A stretch of DNA of 64,000 nucleotides from the NCBI GenBank assembly GCA_051878315.1, contig JBJEJW010000031.1:933-64932 (forward strand). Direction: 5' to 3'. Source of the DNA: Paludibacteraceae bacterium (GTDB lineage: Bacteria; Bacteroidota; Bacteroidia; Bacteroidales; Paludibacteraceae). Positions 63,578 through 64,000 of this stretch are shown piece after piece. Positions within the stretch are counted from its first letter, which is position 1. Every line of letters begins with the position of its first letter. Position numbers and translations under genes: made by a program. The notes under the pieces are model-generated. The model had not been told where the DNA came from. It saw only the letters and a list, made by a program, of their open reading frames with translations, and ran no database searches.

Positions 63578-63645
63578 TGTGTGGCACACTTATTGCTGTA
63601 TTTTTTTGGAAATAGTGTGTGTTAAAAAAGTTGCATATATAAGAA

Positions 63646-63653
63646 TATCTTTG
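63646..63653 (+). promoter_or_regulatory. -7 promoter box TATCTTTG (a second box, TACTTTTG, follows directly at 63654-63661)
   Basis: Lies 34 nt upstream of the ATG at 63688. Confidence 0.45.
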
Positions 63654-63687
63654 TACTTTTGCGAAAACATAAAAAAACAATACGATT

Positions 63688-64000
63688 ATGGCAGAGAAGA
63701 CACGTTATTCTGATGAGGAATTGGAAGAATTCCGGATTTTAATTCAAGAGAAATTGGACAAGGCCATGCGCGAGTATCAAGAGTATTGCTCGTATGTGAA
63801 CAATTCGGATGGCAACGATGTAACCGATACATCGCCTACGTTCAAGACGTTGGAAGAGGGTGCCACGACGCTGTCGAAAGAGGAATCGGGGCGTTTGGCG
63901 CAGCGGCAGATGGAGTTTATACAGCATTTGCAGGCTGCTTTGGTGCGCATTGAGAATAAGACGTACGGCATTTGCCGTGCGACGGGCAAGTTGATTCCCA
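63688..64000 (+). CDS. TraR/DksA-family zinc-finger protein (3' end runs off the window)
   Basis: My own translation gives MAEKTRYSDEELEEFRILIQEKLDKAMREYQEY...QMEFIQHLQAALVRIENKTYGICRATGKLIP. The YGIC...G.I.. region is the start of the C4 zinc finger. Confidence 0.7.
   Translation, partial: MAEKTRYSDEELEEFRILIQEKLDKAMREYQEYCSYVNNSDGNDVTDTSPTFKTLEEGATTLSKEESGRLAQRQMEFIQHLQAALVRIENKTYGICRATGKLIP

Overview
The window reads as a chromosomal segment of a Bacteroidota (probably Bacteroidales) genome. It has dense coding on both strands and G+C of roughly 45-50% by eye. Many intergenic regions carry the Bacteroidota -7 promoter box TAnnTTTG, and the gene families are typical of the phylum: TonB-dependent receptor with lipoprotein partners, class-3 FBPase, an ExbB-ExbD-ExbD cluster, and DUF-type lipoproteins.

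I call about 45 protein genes and 2 tRNAs: Val-TAC and Ser-GGA, neither with an encoded CCA. I also call a set of intrinsic terminators and -7 boxes. Most of the window is ordinary housekeeping: ettA, korAB, a CCA-adding enzyme, folB, tig, nadC, rlmH, dgt, pepD, class II RNR, tdh, kbl, pepT, dnaE, fbp, thioredoxin, TatD, ExbBD and MlaEF.

I see no rRNA, CRISPR array, integrase, transposase, or recognisable toxin-antitoxin or defence genes.

Four patches are not ordinary:
- 24.5-25.2 kb: a low-GC DUF559 endonuclease cassette sits inside a family of five CCCCC-TAAA-GGGGG hairpin repeats that show compensatory base changes. The cassette is bracketed by a ~46-nt direct repeat.
- 46.7-49.5 kb: two paralogous lipoproteins share a six-cysteine C-terminal module, and one of them is strongly AT-rich. 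They are divergently transcribed from a membrane-tethered TPR/HTH regulator through a palindromic pair of -7 boxes. This is my best candidate for an undescribed module.
- 17.8-24.5 kb: a secreted EEP nuclease lies next to a SusD-less TonB-dependent receptor operon with two OB-fold-like lipoproteins. This could be an extracellular nucleic-acid uptake locus.
- 56.3-58.4 kb: an AmgK-like sugar kinase is fused to a RapZ C-terminal-like domain and followed by a MurU-like nucleotidyltransferase.

All family names come from motif recognition by eye. No database search, HMM or folding program was run. Start codons were re-picked by hand where the ORF track started at an upstream alternative codon.
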